From NCBI GenBank assembly GCA_001302825.1, contig LIZR01000004.1, forward strand, positions 1 to 41,302: a stretch of DNA of 41,302 nt, given 5' to 3'. Under the pieces are notes generated by a model that had not been told where the DNA came from, searched no databases, and worked only from the letters and a program-made list of their open reading frames with translations. The stretch comes from Planctomycetes bacterium DG_23. GTDB lineage: Bacteria > Planctomycetota > DG-23. Shown piece by piece: positions 18,485 through 28,201 of this stretch. The first letter of the stretch is position 1. Each line of letters starts with the position of its first letter. The position numbers and the translations under genes were made by a program.

Positions 18485-19496
18485 CCATCCCTCACTTTCC
18501 GTGGTGATGCCTATGTATAACGAGGCGGAAAATGTCTCTTCCACCTTGAAGGCAGTAAGGGAAGAACTTGAAAAGTTGGAGGTGCCCTGGGAGATTATCC
18601 TGGTGAATGATGGTTCCACAGATAATACGCTTGTCTTGGTTCAGGAAGCCGCGGCCAAAGATGCCAGAATCCGTCTCTTTACCTATACGCCCAACCTCGG
18701 CCGTGGTCACGCCTTGCGCACGGGATTTACTCAGGCCCGTGGCGACATAATCGTCACTACAGATTTTGATTTGAGTTATAGTGCTGAATTTATCCTGAGA
18801 CTTTATCAGGAACTGCTGGGAGACCCCGGGCTTGACTTCGTTGTCGCATCTCCTTATATGCCCGGAGGCCGCACCTTGAATGTGCCCCCGGGAAGGCTTT
18901 TCCTGAGTAAGTTAGCCAACAAAATCATAGGCTTCGCCTTGGGCGGACGCTTCAAAACCGTTACCGGTATTGCCCGAGGCTATCGTCGCCAGGTTATCCA
19001 GGCACTGGAACTTTCCTCCCAGGACAAAGAGATACATCTGGAAATACTCTCTAAACTTATGGCCCTGGGTTATAGAGGTGCGGAAATCCCGGCGGTGCTT
19101 CAGGGCCGTCGGCGGGGGCGTTCCAAATTTCGCCTGGGCCGGGCTTCCTTAAGCCATCTGGCCTTCACCCTGTTCGAGCGCCCTATAATGTTTTTTGGCT
19201 TTTTGGGCCTTATTCTATTTATGCTGGGCCTCATTGATGGCATTTATATAATTGTGCTGTGGCAAAAGGGGACGCTTAATCCCGAGCGCCCACTTATGAC
19301 ACTTCTGGTGCTTCTAATTCTGGGTGGGGTGGGGGTTTTTGCCTTTGGCTTTTTGGCTATACAATTAGTGACGCTTCGCCGGGAACTTTATATCTTGCAG
19401 CGGGAAAACCGCCTCATCCGCCATAGGCTCGAACAACAAGGCGCACCTCGCTCGCCTAAGGCTGAAGAGGATTCTCATAAATCCCGGGCAGATTGA
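18468..19496 (+). CDS. GT2 glycosyltransferase with C-terminal TM helices (polyprenyl-phosphate sugar synthase-like)
   Basis: LSVVMPMYNEAEN...ILVNDGSTDNT...TTDFDLS (DxD), followed by two C-terminal TM helices. The start overlaps the pilR 3' end by 17 nt. Confidence 0.8.
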   Translation: MTPPLNHPSLSVVMPMYNEAENVSSTLKAVREELEKLEVPWEIILVNDGSTDNTLVLVQEAAAKDARIRLFTYTPNLGRGHALRTGFTQARGDIIVTTDFDLSYSAEFILRLYQELLGDPGLDFVVASPYMPGGRTLNVPPGRLFLSKLANKIIGFALGGRFKTVTGIARGYRRQVIQALELSSQDKEIHLEILSKLMALGYRGAEIPAVLQGRRRGRSKFRLGRASLSHLAFTLFERPIMFFGFLGLILFMLGLIDGIYIIVLWQKGTLNPERPLMTLLVLLILGGVGVFAFGFLAIQLVTLRRELYILQRENRLIRHRLEQQGAPRSPKAEEDSHKSRAD

Positions 19497-19540
19497 AGGC
19501 CTCACTTCCATTTACTAATTGAAAATGTTAGAATATTGTT

Positions 19541-20497
19541 ATGAACCGCAAACTCATCTTACGCATATTATTAACTATAATCTTTCTCGCCCTCATCGTA
19601 AAAACCGCCGGGCCTGCCAAGATTAAAGAGGCCGCCCAGGCGGGCGACTATGTAGTCATCCTTTTGGCCATCCTTTTCACGCCCATCTGTATAGGTCTTA
19701 AGGCCCTGAGGTGGCATCTCTTCGCCCGTAGAGTTTTTCCCGGGCTCAAGTTTTCGCGCAGCCTTCGCTCCTATTTAGCGGGTCTGGGAGTATCCATAAT
19801 CACCCCCGCGGCCTCCGGCGAACTGGCCCGGGGATTTTTCCTGGATAGAAAAAAGGGGCTGGAACTCACAGGATTGGTCATCGTGGATAAGTTCGTTGAC
19901 CTCTCTATGCTTCTTTTGCTGGCCTTTTTCGGGATGGGTTTTGTAAGGAGAGGCTTATTGCGGCCTCTTTTCTTTGTTATGGGGGTGGGCTTTCTTTTTT
20001 TGCCCCTGGCGGTGAAGGCCGGCTGGCAAATCCTCCCGGCTCTCTTTGAGAGAATCTCCTCATTTGTCTCTACTACTTCCCGGCAGCCATTTTTGCTTCG
20101 CCTTTCCTCCGCGGTGGCGCGGACGCCTCGCGGCCTTATCATGCGGGCATTAGTGCTTGCTTTTTTCAACTATCTGGTGTATTATATGCAGGCCTTCGTG
20201 GTAGTGCGGGGCTTTGCGCAAGAGTTAAGTGTGGAGGCGGTGGCGGTATTTCCTCTGGTGACATTGAGCACCCTGATCCCCACCATAGGAGGTTTGGGAA
20301 TCAGGGAATTTACTGCTGGCTGGCTGCTTTCGCATTTTGGCGTAACCAAGGCGGTAGCGGCCAACGGCTTTTTCCTTCATTTCGTGATAGTGACGGTGCT
20401 TCCGGCGCTGGTTTGGCTTGGATTTTGGGGTGGAGCAAGAGAAAGAAAAAGTCTTGCCCAGACTGAGGAAGAAGGGGAGAAAGCGAGGGGGCAATAA
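19541..20497 (+). CDS. UPF0104 / lysyl-PG-synthase-TM-like (flippase-like) integral membrane protein
   Basis: 318 aa, about 8 TM helices, with the KALRWH motif near the second helix typical of this family. This family commonly sits next to GT2 genes. Confidence 0.55.
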   Translation: MNRKLILRILLTIIFLALIVKTAGPAKIKEAAQAGDYVVILLAILFTPICIGLKALRWHLFARRVFPGLKFSRSLRSYLAGLGVSIITPAASGELARGFFLDRKKGLELTGLVIVDKFVDLSMLLLLAFFGMGFVRRGLLRPLFFVMGVGFLFLPLAVKAGWQILPALFERISSFVSTTSRQPFLLRLSSAVARTPRGLIMRALVLAFFNYLVYYMQAFVVVRGFAQELSVEAVAVFPLVTLSTLIPTIGGLGIREFTAGWLLSHFGVTKAVAANGFFLHFVIVTVLPALVWLGFWGGARERKSLAQTEEEGEKARGQ

Positions 20498-20498
20498 T

Positions 20499-21473
20499 TT
20501 GAGCGGCGAGGAAAAGGAACTTTCTATCGTCATTCCGGTCTTTAACGAGCGCGAAAGTCTGGAGGAACTTTTTCAGGAACTTAAAGGCGTCCTGAATGCT
20601 CTGGGCCGCTCTTATGAGATTATTTTCGTGGATGACGGCTCTACTGATGGCTCAACCGAGATGCTCAAGGGTTTGGCTCAAGAGGACCGCCATACTCGCG
20701 CCGTGCTGCTTCGGCGCAATTTCGGCCAGTCCGCGGCTATGAGTGCCGGGTTTGACCTGGCCCAGGGCAGGATATTCATCACCCTCGATGCCGACCTACA
20801 GAACGACCCCGGAGATATACCGAAACTCCTGGCAAAAATGGACGAAGGCTACGATGTGGCCAGCGGCTGGCGAAAGCAGCGCCGTGACCCACTTTTCACC
20901 CGACGCATCCCTTCCTTCTTCGCTAATATGCTTATATCCAAAATAACCAGCGTGCATCTTCACGATTATGGCTGCACCTTGAAGGCCTATCGCCGTGAAG
21001 TTCTAAAAGATGTCCGGCTTTATGGCGAGATGCATCGTTTTCTACCCGCCCTGGCCAGTTGGCTGGGGGTTAAAGTCACGGAAGTGGAGGTGAATCATCG
21101 GCCCCGGCGTTTTGGCGAGAGCAAATACGGGCTGGGGCGCACGCACCGGGTCATTCTCGACCTTATTAATCTCAAATTTCTTCTGAGTTATTCTACCAGG
21201 CCCATACGCATTTTCGGCGGCATTGGTATGGTTTCGCTTTTGGGGGGTATAGTTAGTGGCGCAAGCGTCGTCTGGATGAAACTTTCCGGCGGTAAGGATA
21301 TGACCGGAAATCCGCTTCTTTTGCTCACCGTGCTTTTCATCTTAATAGGCATTCAATTTATCACTATGGGGCTTTTGGGTGAAATCCTCATCCGCACCTA
21401 TCACGAAAGCCAGGGAAAGCCCATTTATGTAGTAAAGGAGTTGGTAGAGCAAAAACCGCCCGGAGTGTCGTAG
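20499..21473 (+). CDS. GT2 polyprenyl-phosphate glycosyltransferase, ArnC/GtrB-like
   Basis: The track ORF starts at 20418 inside the previous gene. I prefer TTG 20499, which follows GAGGGGG and lies 1 nt after the upstream stop. LSIVIPVFNE...FVDDGSTDGS...RRNFGQSAA...TLDADLQNDP...YGCTLKAYRR, plus two C-terminal TM helices. Confidence 0.8.
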   Translation: MSGEEKELSIVIPVFNERESLEELFQELKGVLNALGRSYEIIFVDDGSTDGSTEMLKGLAQEDRHTRAVLLRRNFGQSAAMSAGFDLAQGRIFITLDADLQNDPGDIPKLLAKMDEGYDVASGWRKQRRDPLFTRRIPSFFANMLISKITSVHLHDYGCTLKAYRREVLKDVRLYGEMHRFLPALASWLGVKVTEVEVNHRPRRFGESKYGLGRTHRVILDLINLKFLLSYSTRPIRIFGGIGMVSLLGGIVSGASVVWMKLSGGKDMTGNPLLLLTVLFILIGIQFITMGLLGEILIRTYHESQGKPIYVVKELVEQKPPGVS

Positions 21474-21577
21474 TCGGGGTCATCCCGGACTGCGAAGGGT
21501 TGGTCAAAGGGGCGATTGAGTGTCGACCGCCAGGGTCCTAAGTGCCACATTTGTTCGGATGAAAGTAACCAGATGCA

Positions 21578-22726
21578 GTGCGTCTTCTTCTCATAAATTA
21601 TGAATACCCGCCTATAGGCGGTGGGGCGGCCAATGCCACGGAGTATCTCCTGCGTGAATTTTCCCGCTTGGGCCGGGAGGAACTGCGGGAAGGAATCGAA
21701 GTTGACTTAGTAACCTCATCTGTAGGTAAACATCTGAAAAAAGAGGAGATTTTTCCCGGCATATGGTACCACGGCCTTCCTGTGGGAAAGCGCCACCTGC
21801 ATTTCTGGCGCCAAAGCGAGGTTCTAAGATTCTTGCTGAGGGGCTATCGTTATGTGAAAAGTCTGCTGGCCGCAAAGCGCTTTTCTTTATGTCACGCCTT
21901 TTTCGGTATCCCCGGCGGCCTTATCGCATATTCAGTTCGCTCTTCAGTCCCCTATATCCTTTCGCTGCGCGGGTCAGATGTGCCTGGATTTAATGTGCGC
22001 TTTCGCTTGATTTATCCAGCACTTGCGCCCATCTTGCGTCCCGTTTGGAAAGAGGCCCGTCGGGTTATTGCTAACAGCCAGGGTCTCAAGGAACTTGCAC
22101 TCAAGACAAATCCCACACAGCCCATCCAGATAATTCCCAATGGCGTGGATACAGAAGAATTCCATCCGGCTGAAACTCCGGGACGAGATGGCCCCATCTT
22201 CCTCACCGTCTCCAGGCTTATCCAGAGAAAGGGTCTGGACTTGGTGATTAGGGGCTTCGCCCAAATTGCCCCGCACTTGCCTAAATCTAAACTCATTATG
22301 GTGGGCGAGGGGAACTTGCGAGAGGAACTGGAGGAATTGGCCTTTTCCCTGAATCTTGCCGGACGCACGGATTTTCGCGGCTATGTGCCTCATAGCGAGA
22401 TGCCGAAAGTCTATCGCTCCGCGGATATATTTGTGCTGGCCTCCAGGAATGAAGGGATGTCTAACGCTATTTTGGAGGCGATGGCCTCGGGACTACCCAT
22501 AATCACCACCGCAACCGGCGGCATAAAGGAACTCATTCGGGATAATGGCATTGTGGTACCTCAGGAGGACGTGGGGACTCTGGTTCGGGCTATGGGGGAA
22601 CTGGCCGGGGACAAAGAAAAGCGAGTCTCACTGGGTAAGCGGTCGCGAGAACGGGCACAAGAATTTTCCTGGTCTCGTGTGGCCAGGGCCTATATAGAAA
22701 TCTATCAAGCCGAAAGCGGGAAGTAA
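21578..22726 (+). CDS. GT4 family glycosyltransferase
   Basis: GTG start. The N-terminus has YPPIGGGAA and the C-terminal Glycos_transf_1 motif reads SRNEGMSNAILEAMASGLPIITT. Confidence 0.8.
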   Translation: MRLLLINYEYPPIGGGAANATEYLLREFSRLGREELREGIEVDLVTSSVGKHLKKEEIFPGIWYHGLPVGKRHLHFWRQSEVLRFLLRGYRYVKSLLAAKRFSLCHAFFGIPGGLIAYSVRSSVPYILSLRGSDVPGFNVRFRLIYPALAPILRPVWKEARRVIANSQGLKELALKTNPTQPIQIIPNGVDTEEFHPAETPGRDGPIFLTVSRLIQRKGLDLVIRGFAQIAPHLPKSKLIMVGEGNLREELEELAFSLNLAGRTDFRGYVPHSEMPKVYRSADIFVLASRNEGMSNAILEAMASGLPIITTATGGIKELIRDNGIVVPQEDVGTLVRAMGELAGDKEKRVSLGKRSRERAQEFSWSRVARAYIEIYQAESGK

Positions 22727-22730
22727 CCTC

Positions 22731-24611
22731 GTGTGTGGTATCTGCGGAATGGCGGGAATGGTTGAGGAAGGGCTGTTGCGCGATATGTGCCGAATGCTGG
22801 CTCACCGCGGCCCGGATGATGAGGGGTTTTATGTGGGCGAAGGGGCGGCTCTGGGCCATCGACGGTTGGCTGTCCTGGATATTGCCCGCGGCCATGAGCC
22901 TATGCATAACGAAGACCGCTCTCTCTGGCTCGTATTCAACGGTGAAATTTACAATTTCCAGGAACTTAAAGCACTCCTATTAAAAAAGGGACACCAATTT
23001 TACACCCTGGGCGATGCCGAGGTCATCCTGCATCTTTACGAAGAATTCGGCGAACGGTGTCTTGAGAAGTTGCGGGGTATGTTTGCCCTGGCAATCTGGG
23101 ATGAGGCCAAAAGAAGGCTTTTTCTGGCCCGGGATAGATTGGGTATAAAACCGCTTTATTATGCCTTTCTGCAGGGAAAAATCATTTTCGCTTCCGAACT
23201 TAAGGCCCTGCTTTTATCGCCACTTATCAGCCGAAAACTTGACCTTGCGGCATTAGACGCCTACCTCACTTTTCGCTATATCCCTGCTCCTTGCACCATA
23301 TTTTCCGACATCCGCAAACTCCCACCGGCACATTATCTGACCTATGAGGTGCGGGAGGGGCAAAAGGGGCGCATTAGTATAGGCCGTTATTGGGATTTGC
23401 CTTATGCCCCGGGCCCCAGAAAAAGCAAATCCTATTATGCCCAGCGCCTCCTGCAAGAATTAAAAGAAGCCGTGCGCTTGAGGCTGATGTCCGAGGTGCC
23501 TTTGGGGGCGTTTCTCTCCGGCGGGGTAGACTCCGGTGCTATTGTGGCCTTAATGAGCGAAGCAAGCGATGCGGCGGTGAAGACCTTTTCGGTTGGTTTT
23601 GAGGATGAGGCCTTTGACGAACGCCCCTTTGCCGAAAGAGTGGCAGAAGATTTTTCCACCGAGCACGAAACCCTGGTGGTAAAAGGCGAGGCGCCGCCCC
23701 TTAAGGAAGTCGCCTGGTATTTGGATGAACCCCTGGCCGATGCGGCCTCCATACCAACTTTTCGTATGGCCAAATTGGCCAAGAAATTTGTTACCGTGGT
23801 GCTGAGCGGAGAAGGGGCGGATGAACTTTTCGCTGGCTATAGTCAATATAAAGTGGCCCGGGTTCTGGAGAACCTGCGCGTGCCCTGGTCCAGTTCCGCA
23901 GGTATTATCCTCAGCCATCTTTTGTATCAGGATGGCTATTTGGGGCGGGGTCTTGCCTTTCTGGGTTTTCTTTCCGACCCGCCCCAGGCCTTTTTTCGAC
24001 TGATGGCCGTATTCACTGAGGAAGAGAAAGAAGACCTTCTTATTGATGAAGTCTATAAAGAGATTAAAGCCGGCCCCAGGGCCATCCTGGAGGCCAGGCG
24101 CCGCTTACGAGCCGAGCCCGGTTCGTGGATGGAGAAAATCTTTCGCCGCGACCTCAAAACCTGGCTTCCTGATGACCTGCTTCTCAAAGGGGATAAGATG
24201 ACTATGGCCTGGGGTCTGGAACAACGCCTGCCTTATCTTGACCACAAATTAGTGGAATTTGCCTTGAATATACCGGTGGATCTGAAGGTTCGGCTTTTTG
24301 GTGAAAAATACATTTTGCGAGAGGCACTCAAGGGGCGTCTTGCAGAAGATATATTATCTCGGCCCAAGCACGGCTTTTCCGTTCCCTGGGCAAACTGGTT
24401 GAAGGGCGAACTTGCGCCTGTTTGCGAGCGTCTTATGAGCCGGAAGTATCTGGTGGAGCAGGGATTTTTCAAATATGCGTTTTTGGAGAAATTTTTTAGT
24501 CGTCGCCGGGCCTTGAGCAACCTTTACCGCCGCCGGCAGTTCTGGGCGCTATTTTCCTTTCAGTTATGGTACGATGTTTTTGTAAAAGGTGAAGGCAAAC
24601 GGCCAGATTGA
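22731..24611 (+). CDS. asnB: Asparagine synthase (glutamine-hydrolysing) family amidotransferase
   Basis: GTG start giving MCGICG, so a catalytic Cys2. The GATase-2 domain is followed by the PP-loop SGGVDSG. 626 aa. Confidence 0.85.
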   Translation: MCGICGMAGMVEEGLLRDMCRMLAHRGPDDEGFYVGEGAALGHRRLAVLDIARGHEPMHNEDRSLWLVFNGEIYNFQELKALLLKKGHQFYTLGDAEVILHLYEEFGERCLEKLRGMFALAIWDEAKRRLFLARDRLGIKPLYYAFLQGKIIFASELKALLLSPLISRKLDLAALDAYLTFRYIPAPCTIFSDIRKLPPAHYLTYEVREGQKGRISIGRYWDLPYAPGPRKSKSYYAQRLLQELKEAVRLRLMSEVPLGAFLSGGVDSGAIVALMSEASDAAVKTFSVGFEDEAFDERPFAERVAEDFSTEHETLVVKGEAPPLKEVAWYLDEPLADAASIPTFRMAKLAKKFVTVVLSGEGADELFAGYSQYKVARVLENLRVPWSSSAGIILSHLLYQDGYLGRGLAFLGFLSDPPQAFFRLMAVFTEEEKEDLLIDEVYKEIKAGPRAILEARRRLRAEPGSWMEKIFRRDLKTWLPDDLLLKGDKMTMAWGLEQRLPYLDHKLVEFALNIPVDLKVRLFGEKYILREALKGRLAEDILSRPKHGFSVPWANWLKGELAPVCERLMSRKYLVEQGFFKYAFLEKFFSRRRALSNLYRRRQFWALFSFQLWYDVFVKGEGKRPD

Positions 24612-24624
24612 ACTTGAGGTTTTT

Positions 24625-26196
24625 ATGCTGAGTAAGTTTTTTTCCGTAATAGGGATTTTATTTGCGGCCCTTGCCGCCTATTATGGGGCGAGTTTCCTCC
24701 TGGACGATCATTACTACGCCGCGGCCACAGCCCAAGCCACATATAATAAAGGTTCGGACGAGGAAGAGGTGCTGGGTATCTTCAACTATGTGACCGGGGA
24801 GATAAATGAATTTCGCCTGCGTTCGGAAGGCGGGCTCCTTCAAACCCCGGCGCGGGAGTCTCTGGAGCGCGGCTGGGGCGAATGTGGAGATTATGTGCGC
24901 GCAGCAATAGTCCTTTTGCATTTCGCCGACTATAAAGCCCACCGCGTTTATCTCAAATCCGCACAGTTCTCTCATAATGTGTTGGAGGTATTCTTTGATG
25001 ATGCCTGGCGCATCCTGGACCCTTCCATCGCCTCTTATTATCGCAACCAGGAAGGTAAGATAGCCACCTTGGCGGAACTTAACCGCTCGCCGGAACTGGT
25101 GCGCAAGGTAGAAGAGGAAAAAATAGCGCGGGGAATGGAGCCGGTGCGCCTGCGCTCATCTCTTCCGGCCTTTTACCGCGAGCATTCCTATGTCAAGTGG
25201 GAGAAAAATTTCCTCACCCGGGCGGCCCAGAGAGTCTTTAGGTTACTGGGCGTTGATACTCAAGGCATCTTTCTTCCCTATATGGTCGAGCGGCCGAAAC
25301 TCATCCTTTTCCTCTCTTACCTATCCATTTCTGCAGTGGCACTTTTGTTTGCTTTTCTTGCCGGAAGACGCCAGAAGGCTTCTGGGGGTAGCGGCGCTCC
25401 CGAGAACTGGAAATGGCTGGTTCAACTTCGAGAACTTGAACTCCAGATGCTACTTGCAGGCTCAGGCGGAGGTGCTTTCAGGAGGGTTCTGGAGATTGGT
25501 TCGGGTAGAGGCGCGGCAACCGGGGGGCTCAGCCGCCTTTTCCCCAGCGTGGTGGCAATGGACCTGTCCGAGGCGGCTCTTGGAGAAGCGAAAAAGGCAA
25601 GAAAAGTCTCGGGGGGGCAAGTTCACTTTGTTTCGGCAGATGTCCAGAGACTTCCCTTTAAGCCCGGTTCCTTCGACCTTATATATGCCTCGCATATTCT
25701 GGAGCATATTGAGGATAGGAAGAAGGCGCTTCGGGAGATGGATTTTGTTCTGTCCGACGATGGTCGGGTTTTTGTTGCCTTGCCTACGAGATTCTGGAAA
25801 TTTTTGCATCTCATCCTATATTATCCCGGAGGTGCCAAACTCTATTTTGCTTCAAGGAGAAACATTAAGGCCGGCCGGAAGCCCTGGGAGGGCCTCATTG
25901 TGTCGGAGCGATTAAGAGAGACGGTCGCAGGCAGTTATATGGTGCGCGAGATTCCACATCTACTTAAACCATCCGTGCACGGGAGATTCAAAAATCACCA
26001 GACGGAATTTTCTGCTTATAAGAAAAAGGAATGGGAGCGACTTTTCCGGGAAGAAGGATTCAGCATAGTAAATAGTCTCGCTCTTTATTTCTACTCGCCT
26101 TACGGCTTTCTGGCTGGCCACTTTTTGCGCTTGCGGCGCCTGGCCGTGAAGATGGGGCTGGTCAGTTCGCGAGGATTTGTTCTAAAAAAATCCTGA
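24625..26196 (+). CDS. Fusion protein: TM, transglutaminase-like cysteine-protease domain, TM, class I SAM methyltransferase
   Basis: The track ORF starts at 24589 and overlaps asnB. ATG 24625 follows GAGG. The putative Cys/His/Asp triad is GWGECGDY ... HNVLEV ... ILDP. The methyltransferase motifs are VLEIGSGRG, AMDLS and DLIYASHILEHI. Confidence 0.65.
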   Translation: MLSKFFSVIGILFAALAAYYGASFLLDDHYYAAATAQATYNKGSDEEEVLGIFNYVTGEINEFRLRSEGGLLQTPARESLERGWGECGDYVRAAIVLLHFADYKAHRVYLKSAQFSHNVLEVFFDDAWRILDPSIASYYRNQEGKIATLAELNRSPELVRKVEEEKIARGMEPVRLRSSLPAFYREHSYVKWEKNFLTRAAQRVFRLLGVDTQGIFLPYMVERPKLILFLSYLSISAVALLFAFLAGRRQKASGGSGAPENWKWLVQLRELELQMLLAGSGGGAFRRVLEIGSGRGAATGGLSRLFPSVVAMDLSEAALGEAKKARKVSGGQVHFVSADVQRLPFKPGSFDLIYASHILEHIEDRKKALREMDFVLSDDGRVFVALPTRFWKFLHLILYYPGGAKLYFASRRNIKAGRKPWEGLIVSERLRETVAGSYMVREIPHLLKPSVHGRFKNHQTEFSAYKKKEWERLFREEGFSIVNSLALYFYSPYGFLAGHFLRLRRLAVKMGLVSSRGFVLKKS

Positions 26197-26341
26197 ATCG
26201 CGCCCTCCCCATTTCCAGAAGTGCTGGGCTTTTTATTTGCAAAGAGCGACAGTCGGGATAAAATGTTGTGATTGCCGCGCAGGAAAATTTCCTTGTTTGC
26301 ACCAGCAAGGGTGCTCGCCTCGAATTTTTCAGGAGTCAGTT

Positions 26342-28111
26342 TTGAAAATTGCCGGGATATTACGGCATAAGGCCGTTCAGGTCATACTTTTGCTTCTTCT
26401 TATTGGCCTTTCGGTTTTCCTGCGCACTTTTCGCCTCTCAGTGGACCCCCCGTATTTCATTACCGATTCCCGCGCCCCTTTTACCGATGAGGGGCTTAAA
26501 TTTTATGAAGCCAGGAATCTCGTCCTCTTTGGGAAAACCAAGCCCCTGGAAAATGACCTCTACGGAGGCCATCTGAGGAAAAGCCCCATACCTGTGTTAT
26601 TAACCTGTATAGTTTTCAGGATTTTTGGTGTGGGCTTTTTGCAGGCACGGCTCGTATCTGTTGTTTCCAGCCTTTTAGGACTTTATCTTTTCTATCGCAT
26701 CCTCTCACGCTATCTTTCTCCTCTGGCAACTTATGTGGGCACCATACTTTTGGGCGTAAATTTTGTCTATGTTTCCTATAATCGTATGGGGTTATTTGAG
26801 ACGCTTATGGTCTTTTTCCTCATCCTCACTGTGTATCTTTGGGGAGAGGGCATAAGGCTGCGCATATTTGGCGCGCTTGCCGCGGTAGCGGCGATTTTCG
26901 TGAAGGTGCAGGCCGCAATTATTTTTCCCGTGCTCATATTGAGTTTCCTGGGAGAATACTGGAAGCGAAGGAATAAGAGGCCTCTGGTACTGGTGGCGTG
27001 GTATGGAATAGTGGTAGTGGCGGTCTCACTTCTGGGATACTTATTTTTTACATACGGAGAAAGATTACCTCTGGCGAGGGAAGTGGTGCGTGCCATACGC
27101 GCCCGGCTACCTGAGAATGCGCTGGACTTCAGGGCTATATCTTCGGTGGTGGCCTCCAGTATTTTTCTTTCCGGTATGCCCGTAGTTACACTACTGACTC
27201 TGTGCGGTCTGCCCGGACTTATCAAAAGACTTTTTGGAGCAGAGTGGCAAAGGGAGCGATTCCTCTTCATATTATGGCTTCTCATCGGGCTATGCGCAGT
27301 GGCTTTTTTTAATTATCGCCCCCCGAGATATTACATGTTTTTGATCCCCCCTGTGGTGGCCTTAGGGACAGATGTTTGGGAGAGACTTCTCAGAAGGGAG
27401 CAAATATTTGGCATTAAGACTTGGAGCGCATTTCTGCTTACGGCGCTGTGGGCTTTTTTTATATGCATCACTTTGGCCATCTTCGCCTTAATCCAAGCCA
27501 GAAATAAATATGATTTATTTTACTATTTAAGGGCGAGGGAATTTTTGGATTTTTTCATAATTAAGGAATATTTCCGTTCTCTCAGGGAGGATCCAGTTGT
27601 GATCCTTTTGCTTTCCCTGGCCCTGTGGTTTATTTGGCTGGGAGTTTTTGTGCTTTGGCCGCGACTCAGGCAACAGGAGAATAAGCGGAAGGCTTCCTTT
27701 GGCATTCGGCGGGAGTTTTTGGCCATTTTTCTTTTGGGGGTGAGTCTTCTTTTTCAATATTGGCATCATAGGAGGAATTTCTTAGAGCCTCAAAATAGCC
27801 TTCTTCGTTCTTCCCGTTTTCTGATGGCTCTAACTTCCGATACCCCGCAGCCGGTGGTTGGCGGACACTGGGCAGCCGCATTTGCGATGCAGACTAAGAT
27901 TATGGTTTTTCCCCTTAATAAAAGAGTAAATGGCGATGATACTTTCAAGAAGTTTCCTGTAACCCATCTTTTGCTTGAGAAGGCTCATCCGGAAGAAGAG
28001 ATATTTATGTTCGACCAGTATCCGGAGGAGATGAAAAGAGCAGTGAGGATGGGTGAGTTCAAGGTGGGAAGGTGGCCCGTCCATCTCTATAAGTTGGAGC
28101 CCAGCGAGTAG
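26342..28111 (+). CDS. GT-C fold membrane glycosyltransferase, ArnT/PMT (GT39/GT83)-like
   Basis: The track ORF starts at 26237. TTG 26342 follows AGGAG by 6 nt and begins just before the first TM helix. The first-loop motif is FTDEGLKFYEARN. More than 10 TM helices are followed by a soluble C-terminal domain. Confidence 0.6.
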   Translation: MKIAGILRHKAVQVILLLLLIGLSVFLRTFRLSVDPPYFITDSRAPFTDEGLKFYEARNLVLFGKTKPLENDLYGGHLRKSPIPVLLTCIVFRIFGVGFLQARLVSVVSSLLGLYLFYRILSRYLSPLATYVGTILLGVNFVYVSYNRMGLFETLMVFFLILTVYLWGEGIRLRIFGALAAVAAIFVKVQAAIIFPVLILSFLGEYWKRRNKRPLVLVAWYGIVVVAVSLLGYLFFTYGERLPLAREVVRAIRARLPENALDFRAISSVVASSIFLSGMPVVTLLTLCGLPGLIKRLFGAEWQRERFLFILWLLIGLCAVAFFNYRPPRYYMFLIPPVVALGTDVWERLLRREQIFGIKTWSAFLLTALWAFFICITLAIFALIQARNKYDLFYYLRAREFLDFFIIKEYFRSLREDPVVILLLSLALWFIWLGVFVLWPRLRQQENKRKASFGIRREFLAIFLLGVSLLFQYWHHRRNFLEPQNSLLRSSRFLMALTSDTPQPVVGGHWAAAFAMQTKIMVFPLNKRVNGDDTFKKFPVTHLLLEKAHPEEEIFMFDQYPEEMKRAVRMGEFKVGRWPVHLYKLEPSE

Positions 28112-28201
28112 GGCCGGCCTCCTTTCAGGAACGGCGCAGCCTTTGCTTTGGTCATTGTGGGGTCCCCGAACCTTCTATTGGCAAATTAACAGGGTTATTT
28201 C

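Noticed and set aside
25337-25352. TGGCAC-TTTTG-TTTGC, a sigma54-promoter-like string (also TGGCAC near 9476)
   Set aside because: It lies inside coding sequence. Here the GG-to-GC spacing is 11 rather than 10, and the TGGCAC near 9476 lacks a -12 TTGC element. No downstream gene start is present.
25612-25618. Homopolymer tracts as phase-variation switches (G7 at 25612-25618, C7A6 near 7420-7432, T8 at 29512-29519)
   Set aside because: The tracts are short, all reading frames are intact, and there is no population data in a single sequence. This is not enough to claim phase variation.
25190-25915. Alternative + frame ORF of 241 aa inside the transglutaminase-methyltransferase gene
   Set aside because: It is out of frame with an ORF that carries clear methyltransferase motifs. 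The translation is Arg/Ser/Pro/Trp-rich and looks like nonsense.
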